Below, piece by piece: positions 1 through 12,195 of a stretch of DNA of 64,000 nucleotides (position 1 is the first letter of the stretch; every line of letters starts with the position of its first letter). Origin of the DNA: Lama glama (taxonomy: Eukaryota); the NCBI GenBank assembly GCA_028534125.1, contig CM052816.1, positions 95,048,001 to 95,112,000 on the forward strand, read 5' to 3'. The position numbers were made by a program, and so were the translations under genes. Below the pieces are notes generated by a model, which ran no database searches, was not told where the DNA came from, and saw nothing but the letters and a program-made list of their open reading frames with translations.

Positions 1-1749
1 CAGGGAAGAGCCTCTGGTCTATAATGAGTTAAAATGTCAAGAAGAAAAAATAGTGATCAAAGAGGCAAATAATGATTTAACAACTCTGTACCCAAATTGT
101 GTGTGTTTGTGTAAGCCACTTTCAAGTCTTTCTGAGTGACAGTGGTAATAAATGAATAATTAAATTGATTGCACGTTGCCTAGATGACAAGTATGTCCAC
201 GGCTAGTTGGATAAAAGAAATGTGAGTGTTGCAGTAACTATCCTGGAGAAAATATACCTTCATGTTCCTTCTTCTTTAGAAAGAAAACCATTTTTTTTTT
301 CCGTTAAATGACTAAAACTTTCAGTGCAGTGAAAGATGGAGAGGGTCGGTCATGAGATCCATCTGCGAGTAGTTATTCAGCATAACTGAAAAAAGGTTAT
401 ATTGCTCCCGGTTATGTTTGGAGGTAGGTGCCGTCAGAATTAAAACTGAGGTCCCTTGCAGGCACAGGTGAATGTAGCAGTTTTGGAGTTCTTTGTTTTG
501 ATCATCACACCTTTCACTGTGCATCAGTCCATAAAGGGAGGGATAGAGATGGAGATAACCAGCTACCTCTCCTTGCTCCTCCAGGATCTCCCAAGCTGTG
601 GCTCAGGAAACTGCTCTAATCCAGACCCTTAACTGGGTTTCCACGCTGCGCTGTTCCCTAAGCCCCGCCCTCATCCCCCAGTCAGAGATCCTGTGCGCAT
701 GCGTGTAATCACTGGCCCGAAGCAGAGGGGTCGGGCTCCTGGCAGCCCCCTCGGTGCCTCTAACACACTCCTTATCATCCCCAGGTGTGCGCTAATCCCA
801 CCACCCACAGGCAAGTCACCTGCAGAGACTCATTCTGTCACACGTCTGCATTCTCAGAAATGGGTCTCATGAAGGATTTGAAAGCTTTTTTTGGTGCTTT
901 TTATGAGTTCATTCCTTCATAAGCAGTTTTATTATTACATCCACTCTCCTGACACTTCCAGGGATGTAAATATTTGCGTGGTCCCAACGGAATCTAAGCA
1001 TCCTGAATCCTGAACTGCCGAGCAAACATCTCCGGTCACCTGGGTAAGAGTGAGATGCTGGCTAACCCAGCGCTACTCGCCAAGTAAAACCGGACTGAGA
1101 GTCGAGCCTCATTCATGTCTGGTGTCTCCTGGGTCTCAGAACACCCATCAGGCATTAGCCGATATTCCTACTGTGAAATACCTTGCCTTCCTTTAATGAC
1201 ATACGGATTATCATTACTCATTCACGACCAGAGAAGTCGCCACTTCCTGGGCCACTGCCTGGAACCCCACCCACCCAAAGTAAACCTTCTAAACTGCAAG
1301 TGAGGCAGACGTAAAATGACCTGCCTCTGTTTGGTCGTATTTAAGGATTTTTGCTGTCAACAAAGCATTCCCTTCAAAAGAAAGGAATATCTTTTTCAAA
1401 CACTTTTTTAAATTGTTCCCATACCTGCGTCACGGGTCCTTGCACTTCGGAAACACGAGACGTGCTTTTAGAAGATTGCCCCTCCCCTGTCCTTGCCGCG
1501 GCCGCGCCCCCGGAGGACTGAAGGGAGATGCTCAGAGCTCCAGCAGAGACTGTCCGTTCTCGCCTCCCGCCCTGGCCCCTGCCTCTTCCCACGGCTCCCG
1601 CCTTCCCCTCAGGAGGTGGTGGCTGTTTGCTCTTAGTCCCTCCTCACCTCCGTCACCACCAACTGCCCAAGACGCCTGGGTCGGCCTTTGTTTCTGGACT
1701 CTTCTCACTCAGAGGCTCTAAATGACCAGTAATCTACCCCAGTAGTCCA

Positions 1750-3990
1750 CCTCTCCCTACTCCCTCCCGTCCTCTCCCCCTTTAAATCCCCCATCTCTAC
1801 CACCCACACCTTCGTTTTTAGTCTTGTTGCTCTGACATCTGAGGACAGCCTCCCCGACCCCCTGCAGCCCTCTCAAGTGGTGGCCGTTTCGCTTCCCACC
1901 CCTCCCCCACCTCACTAGGCTGGGAGGTGGAGTAGGTGTCCTCCTTGCTCCTCTGCTCTTTCCAGAAAGTTCTCCTCTCTCCTCCCTCGAGGAAACCCCT
2001 AGTATCTGTGAAGTGGCCCCACCCCCACAGTCTGTGACGCTTTGTGGATCCTCCATCCCCTCCCCACATCTTCACCTTCCTCTCTGCCCACCATAGACTC
2101 TGTGGGTTTCCCCCACCTGCCCTTTGCACTCCCTTGTCCTTGTCTCCTTCCAACTTATTTCCCTGACCAACCCCAACCACTTCCATCTACCCAATTCCTG
2201 CCCCCAGAGCAGCTGAATGTAGCTGGGGGAATACAAGCCACCCTGGTGACCAGTCTTCTCATTTTGAATTCATTGCCACAAGCCTCCAGTCTCCTCTCAG
2301 CACCTGGCCCCTGGACCACCTGGCCAAGGTCAACTTGCTCCCACTTACCTCAAGAATCGTTTCACACTTTCTCTTCTTCCTCTCTCCTTTCCCCTTCCCT
2401 CCCTTCCTCTCTCCTCTTCCAGCCTCTAAACTCCAACTCTGTCTCATCCTCAGCAGATGACCTCACTTCTCACCGCCACCACCCTCCCAAAAATGTAAGA
2501 AAACAGAACAGGACGTCCTCATCATCCCGTCACCAGATCAACCCATCTCCTCGCTGCGTCTGTGGCTGTTCAGCCTGTCTGCCTTCCCTCCTGTTTCCAT
2601 GGCAAATGACCCTACTGTTCACTGAATCCTATCAACCTCTCCTTTCTTAAGAAATTTTTCTTTTTCTCCTGCATCACCAGTTTTTCCTCCTCTATATTGA
2701 GTCATTCCCATCAGCATCCAAAATGCCGCAATCTCTTCCCGGTGATATATTAAAACATCTCCCAGTTGTTCTATCTCTTCAAGCCCCATTTCTCTGCTCC
2801 CCTTAATAAATAAGCCTTTGCCAAAGGCTGTCTGTGCTCACCATTCCCCCTTTATCAATTCTTGCTATCTTTGGAGCCTAGCTGAGTCAGAGATTTACCA
2901 ACCTGACCAAAGAAAGGACTCTTGTCCCCTTCACGTTGATTTCCATCTTCCCAAGACCAGTGGTCTGTTCTTGGTCCCCCTTATCATTCAGCCTTCTGCT
3001 CCCTAATGCATCTCCTTTTCTGATCTCGCCCGACATCACACCCTTCTGGTTCTGCTCCCAGCTCACTCTGTTCCTTCTCCGTCTCATTTGAATTTTCTCC
3101 TGCTCCCCACACCCTCTAAATATTGGAGTGACCCAGGGCTTAGCCCTGTGTCCTCTGCTTTCCTCTATTTGTGTTCATGTGCAAAGCTTCCATCCCTTCT
3201 TTTAGCTTTAAATGATGTCTGTGTACCGAACTCCCAAAATTTTACCTCTAGCTCTGACGTCACTCCTGAAATTCCAATTTTCAGATTCTCCTTTATCCTC
3301 CGTCTTTGCCAACAGGCATCTCTAACCCAACATGTCCCACATGGCAGTATCGATCTCACTTCCTAGGAACATTTATCTTCCAGTGTCCTCAGTCTCAGTC
3401 AATGGCACCCCCAGTCCCCATGGTCACACCAGCAGCATGAGGGTCAGGCCTGCCTCATCTCTCCCGCATCCAACAGCAGAGACATCAGCAAGGCCTTGCA
3501 ACAGAGATGCCAAATCTGCCCATGACTCACCACCAGCCGCCACCCAAGCCAGGGTCATATCCTCAGTCTCTCGTGGAATAGCTTCTTAACCAGTCACCCT
3601 GTTTCTATTCTACTGTCCCCAAACTGTCCTAGACACCCAGAAGGCTCCTTGTCTTCCTGGTCCCCCCTCGTCTTCAGTCACAGGAACTTTCTGTTGCTCC
3701 CACGTGAGCCAAGCCCCATCCCACCCCACAGCCTCACATCTGCTCTCCTCTTGACTTGGGAGCCCTAGCCTGTGTCTTCAGTGTCTGGCTTCTCGTCGTC
3801 TGCCGGGTCCCTGCCACAACATTAACTGTTCCCAGGGCACTTGCCCAACCACACGCCATCAACTAGCGAGGCCAACAGTCTCCCCTCCCCCCACACCCCT
3901 CAGTCCCCCCGTTTTGCTTTATGCTTCAAGTATTCATCAGCCTGCCACATTTTAGTATTAACATGATTCTTTGCTTGTTTACTGTTTGAC
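1750..3990 (+). mobile_element. Degenerate LINE-2 (L2) body
   Basis: Long pyrimidine-rich decayed tract with L2-like motifs, e.g. ctcagcagatgacctcacttct at ~2450 and ccagggcttagccctg at ~3133. Boundaries approximate. Confidence 0.7.
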
Positions 3991-4004
3991 TTTGATCCAT
4001 TTAC

Positions 4005-4115
4005 TTTCTAAACTCAGATGCTTCCTCTGTAAAATGGGGCTCATAATAGTATCCAGCCCATGGGATTGTTAAGAAAATCTTGCCACATAGTAAGTATTCA
4101 GTAAGCACTAGCTTT
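4005..4115 (+). mobile_element. MIR SINE fragment
   Basis: Core ctcag..ttcctctgtaaaatgggg..ataatagta and tail gtaagtattcagtaa. Confidence 0.7.
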
Positions 4116-5229
4116 TAAAATCGCTTTCTTCTAATCTTGGCTTTATCCTGCCAGTCGACTAGAATAGGAACAATGAGAATTAGATAAAGAAAGACACAAA
4201 TATTGAAATGAGTATGAATTTTGTTCTTCATTAACTTTCATCTATTTGTATTTGTAGTGATTCTTTGTGGAGCCTTGAGTCCCTTAGAAGCCTAGGTATT
4301 CTCAGAAAAAGAAGCAGCCTGTGGAGTTGGAAATGGCCGCCCTGTGAGGCAGGAATTAGGGCCGAGGCGGTGTCTGCTTTCCCTTGCTATAATGTCAGTA
4401 CTGTTTCGCACGTTGCTTTGATAAAAATAAACGAGTTAAAAAAGAAAAAGGACTGGAAGGAAATTCCGTGACGGCTTAACCTGAGTTCTCCAGGGAGGAG
4501 AAGGGTGGATTCATTGGCTATTTTTATTTTTTTTCAGTGCTTTCTAAATTCGCAAAATGACCCATAATCTATTTCGGTGATTTTCACAATGAAAAATAGC
4601 ATATATGCTTTTCATATATTAAGCAGATATGGGAAGGCGAATGGAGGATTAGTTAACAGGATGCGTTCTGAATATGCTCTAAATTGAAAATATAATTCCA
4701 GGGGAAATTAAGGGACATGGCAACCCAGGTGCAAATCCTCAGGGACAGTCATGCTGAAGGCCTTGGACCAGTGGGGGTGGGGCATTAGAGGCAGAGGAGG
4801 AGGCTTGGAACAACGTAAGGGGAACAGAGTGGAAAGGAGGGTGCTTCTCGGCATTATGATCACTAACAGATCAGTCCCAGGAACAAAAGAGTAAGAGTCC
4901 AGATAGCTGGAGCCAGGCAGGCCAAAAATAGACAATTTCAGGGTCATTCTGAGTATCATATTTTCATTTAAATGAAATCTTCAGGCCAAAGCAGATTTTC
5001 AGAGAGACCATTTATTCCTCATCTGGGGAGGCAGGCAGGTCTACCCCCTGTCAGGCTGTCTGGAGGGAGCAGCAGGAGGTGGGTCTCCATTCGCGCTCCT
5101 CGCTGTTAACCTGGATGACGGAACAGAGATCCAAGATCTCTCTTGACAGATTGGAGAAATGTTTTGCAAATTCAAATGCTTGGAACTTCGACGTCAGGAG
5201 GCGAGGAATCGCTCTGCCTTCCCCACTAA

Positions 5230-5544
<315 letters not shown>

Positions 5545-5934
5545 TAACAGATTTCTAAACGTGTCTAGCAGGTGTCTTACGCGTCAAATGCACATCCTGG
5601 ACCTGCGTTCAGGGAGACACAAGAGTACATAAAACCACCAAGTGACTGCGAGTCAGGCTTTTCCATGGACGTTGTCTCCAACTTAAGATAGTCTGGGCTG
5701 CGTTTTATTGTTTATAATTGGGGTAACACAGCAGGGCAGAGAAGGCGTGCCCTTTCCTCCCTGTGAATGACACACATTTGAAACCTGTCATTGAGACTTC
5801 CATTTCTGTTCCACACCTGATTTGCATTTTATTATTACCTGTACACCAGCAGATAAATCATTCATGCATTTATATTACAACCAGCTGTAACTTTTAAATC
5901 ATTTAATTCGTTTTTTAAAATTTTTTCTCATTCT

Positions 5935-6150
5935 TTAAAAAAATTTGAATTGAAGTATAGTTGATGTAAAATATTGTATAAGTTACAAGTGCACAATATA
6001 GTGATTCACAGTTTTTAAAGACCATACTCCGTTAATAGTTGTTAGAGAATATTAACTATATTCTGTGTTGTGCAATATTTTCTTGTGGCTTATTTTATAC
6101 ATAATAGTTTATACCTCCTAACCCCCTGCCCTTATGTTGCCCCTCTTCCC
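5935..6150 (-). mobile_element. L1 3' end fragment
   Basis: ttgaagtatagttgatgtaaaatattgtataagtt is the reverse complement of a laurasiatherian-type L1 3' terminus. Confidence 0.75.
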
Positions 6151-6172
6151 TTGTCTCATTGCTTAAAATTTT

Positions 6173-6293
6173 GGGGGGGCGGTGGTAATTAGGTCTGTTT
6201 ATTTATTTATTTTTAAATGGAGGGACTGGGGGTTGAACCCGGGACCTTGTGCATGCTACGTGCGCACTCTACACTTGAGCTACACCCTTCCCC
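6173..6293 (-). mobile_element. tRNA-Ala-derived SINE (vic-1-like)
   Basis: Reverse strand reads ggggaagggtgtagctcaagtgtagagtgc...gggttcaacccccagt with an AT-rich tail. Imperfect TSD tca(t)tgcttaaa(a)tttt on both sides. Confidence 0.85.
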
Positions 6294-6554
6294 ATCATGC
6301 TTAAATTTTGAACTAACTTTTCTTATCTATTTGTAAAGATACCTGATTTTTACGCCCTTTTCCATTCACATTATGTAATAGCAAAGATTAAACAAATAAT
6401 GAAAGGCAGAATATGAGCACGTCATTGAGCACACAAGTGGCATAGATTTTATTGTTATTTTATTTAATGTGTAAGTTTTTAAAACTCTTTTCTTGATGTC
6501 TGCATTTTGGTTTTTACTATGAGAAGGAAGGATGGATAAATATATGTATACCCC

Positions 6555-6580
6555 ACACACACACACACACACACACACAC
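6555..6580. repeat. (CA)n microsatellite
   Basis: Direct reading. Confidence 0.95.
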
Positions 6581-7909
6581 TGACAGAGGCTTTGATTTCA
6601 GAAAGGTTTCTCCTTGCTCCCCGCTGTCCTCCTCCTGCAGAGGAAACAGTATTTTCTGGAACTGCATCTTAGAGGACATGGTACAGAAGACGCCCCAGCA
6701 GGGTGACCTGTCTGCCTTGGAGGACGTTTGTCATAAAACTTGACACCACACTTTACTGTCGAACGATGGGGGAATGAAATGTGAATGGTGATATTTGACT
6801 GAAATACGTGGCACTCTCCCAGCCCCATGAAAGCTTTTATCTGTAGCGTGGTGTTATCATTGCTTGAAACATTTGGCCCCACACTGAACGAGAACTAGGA
6901 CCCCCCCAAGTACTTGGAAAAACCTCCACCTGCCTCAGCGGCGTGGAGGGGCCTTTACACGTCTTATCTCCGTAATTCTTAAAAAGATAAAGAGCAGTGA
7001 GTCTGTTAAACACAAGGATGGTGTCTTTTTCAAAGCTCCAGTTATGAAGAACCAGTCAGTGTTAGGAAGACAGAATGATGGAAAGCTGGAGGACACCCAG
7101 AAGGAGAAATAGCCCCGTTTCAGGCTGTCAGCACCCCCGCCACGCAGCTGGGGCGCTGCCTGCTGGTTCCTGGGCGAGGCACATCAGAGACACCTGAGGC
7201 TCTTGTGTGGCTTGATTTTTCCAGGAGTAGCGTCCTGGTTTACCGGAGACTCGGACCCCCACGTTTGACGTCTCAGGAGATAATTCTACACGCGACGTAG
7301 CTTAGTGAGCCCCACCATCTGTGCCAGATTAGGTTCTAACTTTAACAGCTTTGGTCAAGAGGCTCCAAAATGTCCCTTCGTGATTGCCTGGCAGTGACTC
7401 CTAAAGGGCCAGCCCTATACAGAAGACCTAGGAGCAGAGGAGCGAGGGCAGGAGGCGACCTTCTCTGGAGAGGAGGATGGAGAGACAAGAGAGGAGACGG
7501 GGCAGAGGGTGGAGGGAGCGAGGCGCAGCCCATGCTCTGAGAACACATGGAACCGAAGCCAGGCCCAGCTGAGTCACGTGGAGCAACTGCAGATTTCTTC
7601 CCTGTCTTTCCATTGGATTTACACCCAGAGTTTCTGGTCCAACTGGTTAGAGCAGAGAGGGGGTGTGGTTCAAGCGTCAGTATATTTTTTAAGTATTCCA
7701 GGTAATTAATTCTGAAGGGCAGCCAGGATTGGAAGCCTCCGAGGGTTTCAAGAGCTGAGCAGTGAGCCTCGATTTCACTGGACAGGTCTGAGAGGTGGGC
7801 AGGGGGCCTTTCAGGACAGGATGGGCAAAGGCCCCTCTGTTACCATCCCAGCACTTGGCTGTGACATCCGCTGAGCCACCTGCCTCTTATTCTGGCTTCA
7901 TTTCCTCAC

Positions 7910-8409
7910 NNNNNNNNNNNNNNNNNNNNNNNNNNNNNNNNNNNNNNNNNNNNNNNNNNNNNNNNNNNNNNNNNNNNNNNNNNNNNNNNNNNNNNNNNNN
8001 NNNNNNNNNNNNNNNNNNNNNNNNNNNNNNNNNNNNNNNNNNNNNNNNNNNNNNNNNNNNNNNNNNNNNNNNNNNNNNNNNNNNNNNNNNNNNNNNNNNN
8101 NNNNNNNNNNNNNNNNNNNNNNNNNNNNNNNNNNNNNNNNNNNNNNNNNNNNNNNNNNNNNNNNNNNNNNNNNNNNNNNNNNNNNNNNNNNNNNNNNNNN
8201 NNNNNNNNNNNNNNNNNNNNNNNNNNNNNNNNNNNNNNNNNNNNNNNNNNNNNNNNNNNNNNNNNNNNNNNNNNNNNNNNNNNNNNNNNNNNNNNNNNNN
8301 NNNNNNNNNNNNNNNNNNNNNNNNNNNNNNNNNNNNNNNNNNNNNNNNNNNNNNNNNNNNNNNNNNNNNNNNNNNNNNNNNNNNNNNNNNNNNNNNNNNN
8401 NNNNNNNNN
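7910..8409. other. Assembly gap, 500 N
   Basis: Run of exactly 500 N, a round placeholder length typical of scaffolding joins. Confidence 0.99.
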
Positions 8410-8427
8410 ACATCTATGGTGCTTGGT

Positions 8428-8537
8428 GGGTGGTGGGAATAGCTCAGTGGTAGAGCACGTGCTTAGCATGCACAAGATCCTGGGTTCAATCCTCACTGCC
8501 TCTATTAAAAAAAAATAAAGAAAAACAAAACTAAAAA
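8428..8537 (+). mobile_element. tRNA-Ala-derived SINE (vic-1-like)
   Basis: A box tagctcagtggtagagc, anticodon-like cttagcat, B box gggttcaatcc, A-rich tail. Confidence 0.88.
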
Positions 8538-8599
8538 CAGATGTCTTTGTTGCTTTGAGGAGGGGCTTTCAGGAGAAGGAGGGTGAGAAAGCAGAAGAG

Positions 8600-9687
8600 G
8601 GCAGAGATTCAGATAAAGAAGTGTAAGAGGATGAGGCATTTTTGATTCCACCCACAAACACATCAAAATACATCCATGTGTGGAACAATTCAATGAATCA
8701 AACTGGTGACTGACATGAGACTTCTGTACAACAAGGCTGCAAGCAAGATACACACAAAATCAAGTATGGAAAGAGGAAAAGCAATCAGATTGGGACCTGT
8801 GCCCCTGGGAGGGGATGCAGAAGAAAAGGGAGATTACCCTGGAGTGGAGATCCAACCTGGGGAGTGAGCAGTTCGAGCCACAGATTGGACAAACACTCTT
8901 GGTTGGTTGGAGCACTGCTGGGACTAACATAATGGCTCTGGGAAACCTGGACTCTGCTCACAAAAAAGACTTGCCCCCAAGGCAGGGCAAGAAAGGGCAG
9001 AAAGGTCTGCTCTAGTGGCTGCCAGGTTTCCTGCAACCACCTCCCCAGGCACCCAGCCCTGGCGAGAGAATGTTCCAGCCCCGCTCATTCCACATCATGC
9101 TGCAGCACTGAATCTGGGAAAAGACCTGACTATGGGATGCAGAAGTGACCCAGTCCCACAGCAGAGCTTGTATAGGATGGTGTTGGCTACTTACTTAAGC
9201 AGCACCTCAAAAGCCACCCAGATCTCTGACGGTGTCTGCTCCACCAGAGCTCAGCCCCATGATATATGCTGAAAGGCCACATCGGCTCCACCTGTCCTGC
9301 AGAATGATTCCACAACAGGATGGGGGTAGCAGAGGCTGGAGGCTGATTGGCTGTGAGGAACGAAGGGGACTTGCACCCAAGGCTGTGTCTGAACAGAGCT
9401 GTGGATGCCTGCACAGGCAATGCACTGGACCTCCATGGCTGATAGGAGCCAAGAGCCCACGTGGGCCTCACTTGCTTCAGCACTCCCCACTTCTGGGGCA
9501 AGTGTCACAGTGTGGAGAAAGGGAAAAACAAATGCTTAAAGGAGACAGGGCCATCTCAGGCCCAACCCTTGCCACTTCTATTTAACATAGTATTGAAAGT
9601 CCTTGCCACAGCAATCAGACAAGAAAAAGAAATAAAAGGAATCCAAACCGGAAAGGAAAAAGTAAAGGTGTCACTGATTGCAGATTA
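8600..9687 (+). mobile_element. Internally deleted L1: 5'UTR-like region joined directly to an ORF2 RT fragment
   Basis: 8600-9565 resembles an artiodactyl L1 5'UTR (cccacaaacacatcaaaatacatccatgtgtggaac; gggacctgtgcccctgggagggg). 9566-9687 encodes [38 protein letters not shown] from L1 ORF2 RT. Confidence 0.7.
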
Positions 9688-9776
9688 CTTTATTTTTTAT
9701 TTATTTACTTTTTAATTGAAGTATAGTTGGTTTACAATGTTATGTTAGTTTCTGGCGTACAGCAAAGTAATTCAGT
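9688..9776 (-). mobile_element. Short antisense L1 3' terminus
   Basis: T-rich tail followed by ttgaagtatagttggtttacaatgttatgttagtttctgg. Confidence 0.75.
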
Positions 9777-9785
9777 ACTCTGGAA

Positions 9786-9945
9786 CTTAAGCCCTTGTCA
9801 GTCACATCATTTGCAAATATTTTCTCCCTTCTGTAGGTTGTCTTTTTGTTTTGTTTATATTTTCCTTTGCAGCACTATTTTCAATAGCCAAAATATGGAA
9901 GCAACTGAAGTATCCATTAGCAGATGACTGGATAAAGAAGATGTG

Positions 9946-9983
<38 letters not shown>

Positions 9984-10448
9984 ACATACAATGAAATTAC
10001 TCAGCCATAAAAAAGAATGAAATTCTGCCATTTGTGATGATATGGATGGACCTAGAGAATAGTATACTTAATGAAGTAAGAAGTCAGACAGAAAAACAAA
10101 TATTGTATGTTATCGCTTATGTGTGGAATCTAAAAAAATGAATGTATACAGCAAAACAGAAACAGACTCATAGATATCGAAAATAAGCCAGTGATTACAA
10201 GTGATGAGAGGGAAGTTGGGAGGGACATTTTAGGGGTATGGGATCAAGAAATACAAACTACTATGTACAAAATAGATAAGCAAAAAGGATATATTGTCTA
10301 GCAAAGGGAATTATAGTCATTATCTTATAATAACTTTAATGGAGTATAAACTGTAAAAATACTGAATCACTATGCTGTACACTTGAGACTAATATAATAT
10401 TGTAAATCAACTATACTTCAATTTAAAAAAAAAACAACAATAATAAAA
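9786..10448 (+). mobile_element. 5'-inverted (twin-primed) L1 3' portion containing a (GT)n repeat
   Basis: 9786-9868 is antisense ORF2 (atttgcaaatattttctccc). 9869-10425 is sense ORF2 end and 3'UTR (tcagccataaaaaagaatgaaatt...aatcaactatacttcaatt), then poly-A. (GT)n at 9948-9981. Confidence 0.8.
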
Positions 10449-10485
10449 CTATCTGGTTCCCAAAGGAAGGCTAATAAGCAGAGTA

Positions 10486-10564
10486 CAGCACACCTCACAG
10501 ACAGTGCAAGTTTGGTTCCAGACCAGAGCAATAAAGCTGGTGCTGCAATAAAGCAAGTCACACA
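10486..10564 (+). mobile_element. Tigger1-like DNA transposon terminal fragment, ending in (CA)n
   Basis: TA followed by cagcacacctc...ggttccagacc..gcaataaagc...gcaataaagcaagtcacac, matching the recalled Tigger1 end. (CA)n runs to ~10580. Confidence 0.65.
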
Positions 10565-11131
10565 CACACACACACACACAAAAGCAAGGGAAAGAAGCTC
10601 CGCCAGGGAGTGAGTGGGCTTAAAGAAAGTCTAGAAAAACGCCCTGGAGCTGTGGGGTATGAGGCACATCCCAGCGGGGACCCCAGCTTGGGGCAAGCGG
10701 CTGGCCTTCTGTACCCTCTAGCAGACAGTCTTGGGCTGGGGTCCCTCCACCCTGGGGGCGTGTGAATTCCCATCCAGGAGGCTTCCTGCTGTAAAAGCGA
10801 GTGTCACCATCCGGAGACAGGGCAGCTGGGGCTGTCAGCAGCCAGCACGCAGCAGTGGGGGTCAGGCACACCACCTGGGAAGGGGTCCAGGTGGGGCACT
10901 TCGGCATCTAGTGCAGAGGTAAACACCTCTGGAGGTAGCAAAGGGGAGAGGGGGCTGGTGGAAAAGGAACAGCTCAGACAGTGATGAGAACTCGCCGGAA
11001 ATAGGGATGTGATGAACTCAACCCCGGAACCGAAAGCCTCTCTGTGTGACTGTGAGAGGGGACGGCGCACGGAAGGGGTCAGCGCTTGCCGCGCTCCTCA
11101 AATCTGTTATGAAACGGGAAGGATGGCCACC

Positions 11132-11157
11132 CTGCCACCTGCCGGCAGATGGCGCTG
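11132..11157. promoter_or_regulatory. Candidate CTCF site, two overlapping opposite-strand motifs
   Basis: Plus strand ctgccggcagatggcgctg and minus strand ctgccggcaggtggcag both fit the CTCF core CCASYAGRKGGCRS with one mismatch. Confidence 0.55.
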
Positions 11158-12039
11158 CGCAAACAACGTGTAGGCTGCAGAGGGGTGGCTGCTCTGGGCC
11201 CAGGTTTGTCTGCGAACAAAGAATCAGCGGAATTCAGATCCCCCGTTGGCGAAGTGGAATCTCTGGAGCCACAGAAACAAATGATCACAGAGGCGAGAAG
11301 AACACGAAAGCGGAGGAGACACAAAACTTCCCTCCATGTAACCGACACGGAAGAGGCAGAGCCGGATGAAACCCTGGCTCTGCTGGGCGGGAGAGCGAGG
11401 TTGGAAGCAGCAACCCCCCAGTTGCCCAGAACCCCAAACGGGGGGGGGGGGAGGGCTCTCCTACAGAAGCAGATTGCTGCACAGAAGAAGGAAGAATTCA
11501 AATAGAAATGATGCTCTGTGTGTGTGTCGGGTGGGGCGGCCTGGGCCTTTGTGTTGGGAGCCGCTGCTGGCTGCTGGCTGCTGGCTCTGCCTCGCTCATG
11601 CAAAGCAGAAGCACTCCACAAGCCGTGACGGCGTGTGTATCACACACACACGTGCGCACACACACGTAGGTGCACACTCAGACATATGCGCACACAAGAG
11701 AATGACCCCCTCTTTTCTGAGCCAAGCTTTGTCTCTTCTGCCCAAGAGAATGGCTTTGGGGAGCCCTCTGTCCCATAAGACCTCCAGGTCGACAGTCCCA
11801 GGGCTTCTGCCCACAGCTGTTCACTCCTGTGAGCCAACGCCCAGACAGAGGGGCTGACCAGCCCTCAGGAACACTCTCGATTGGCTTCTTCAGCCCTCAA
11901 CCCATCACACAACCTTTTTCCATTCTTTGCCGAGGCTCAAAAATCCCACGTGCAAATTAATTTCTGCAAACCTCTCCTAGCACGCTCGCCCTCTCAAGCC
12001 ATCAGTCTCGACCAAATGTGATGCGATCCTAGGCCCGCG

Positions 12040-12195
12040 AGTCTCAGCGTGTGGTCCCTGACCAGCAAGAAATGCAAGCACCTGGGAGCCTGTTAGAAAT
12101 GCCGGTTCTCAGGCTCCACCCCAGACATACTGTCAGAATCTCTGGAGTTAGGCCCAGGATGCTGTGTTTAAATGAGCTCTTGAGCTGGTCCCTAG
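12040..12195. mobile_element. MER5A-like hAT-Charlie MITE
   Basis: gtgtggtccctgaccagca...cacctgggagcctgttagaaatgc..ttctcaggctccaccccagac. Confidence 0.75.

Noticed and set aside
2042..2650. 202-aa Ser/Pro/Leu-rich ORF
   Set aside because: Lies in a pyrimidine-rich decayed L2, so it is a compositional artefact.
7795..8496. Long ORFs of 171-215 aa
   Set aside because: Artefacts of the 500-N gap.
10978..11056. C/D-box snoRNA (two GTGATGA C-like boxes)
   Set aside because: No CTGA D box at a suitable distance and no convincing terminal stem.
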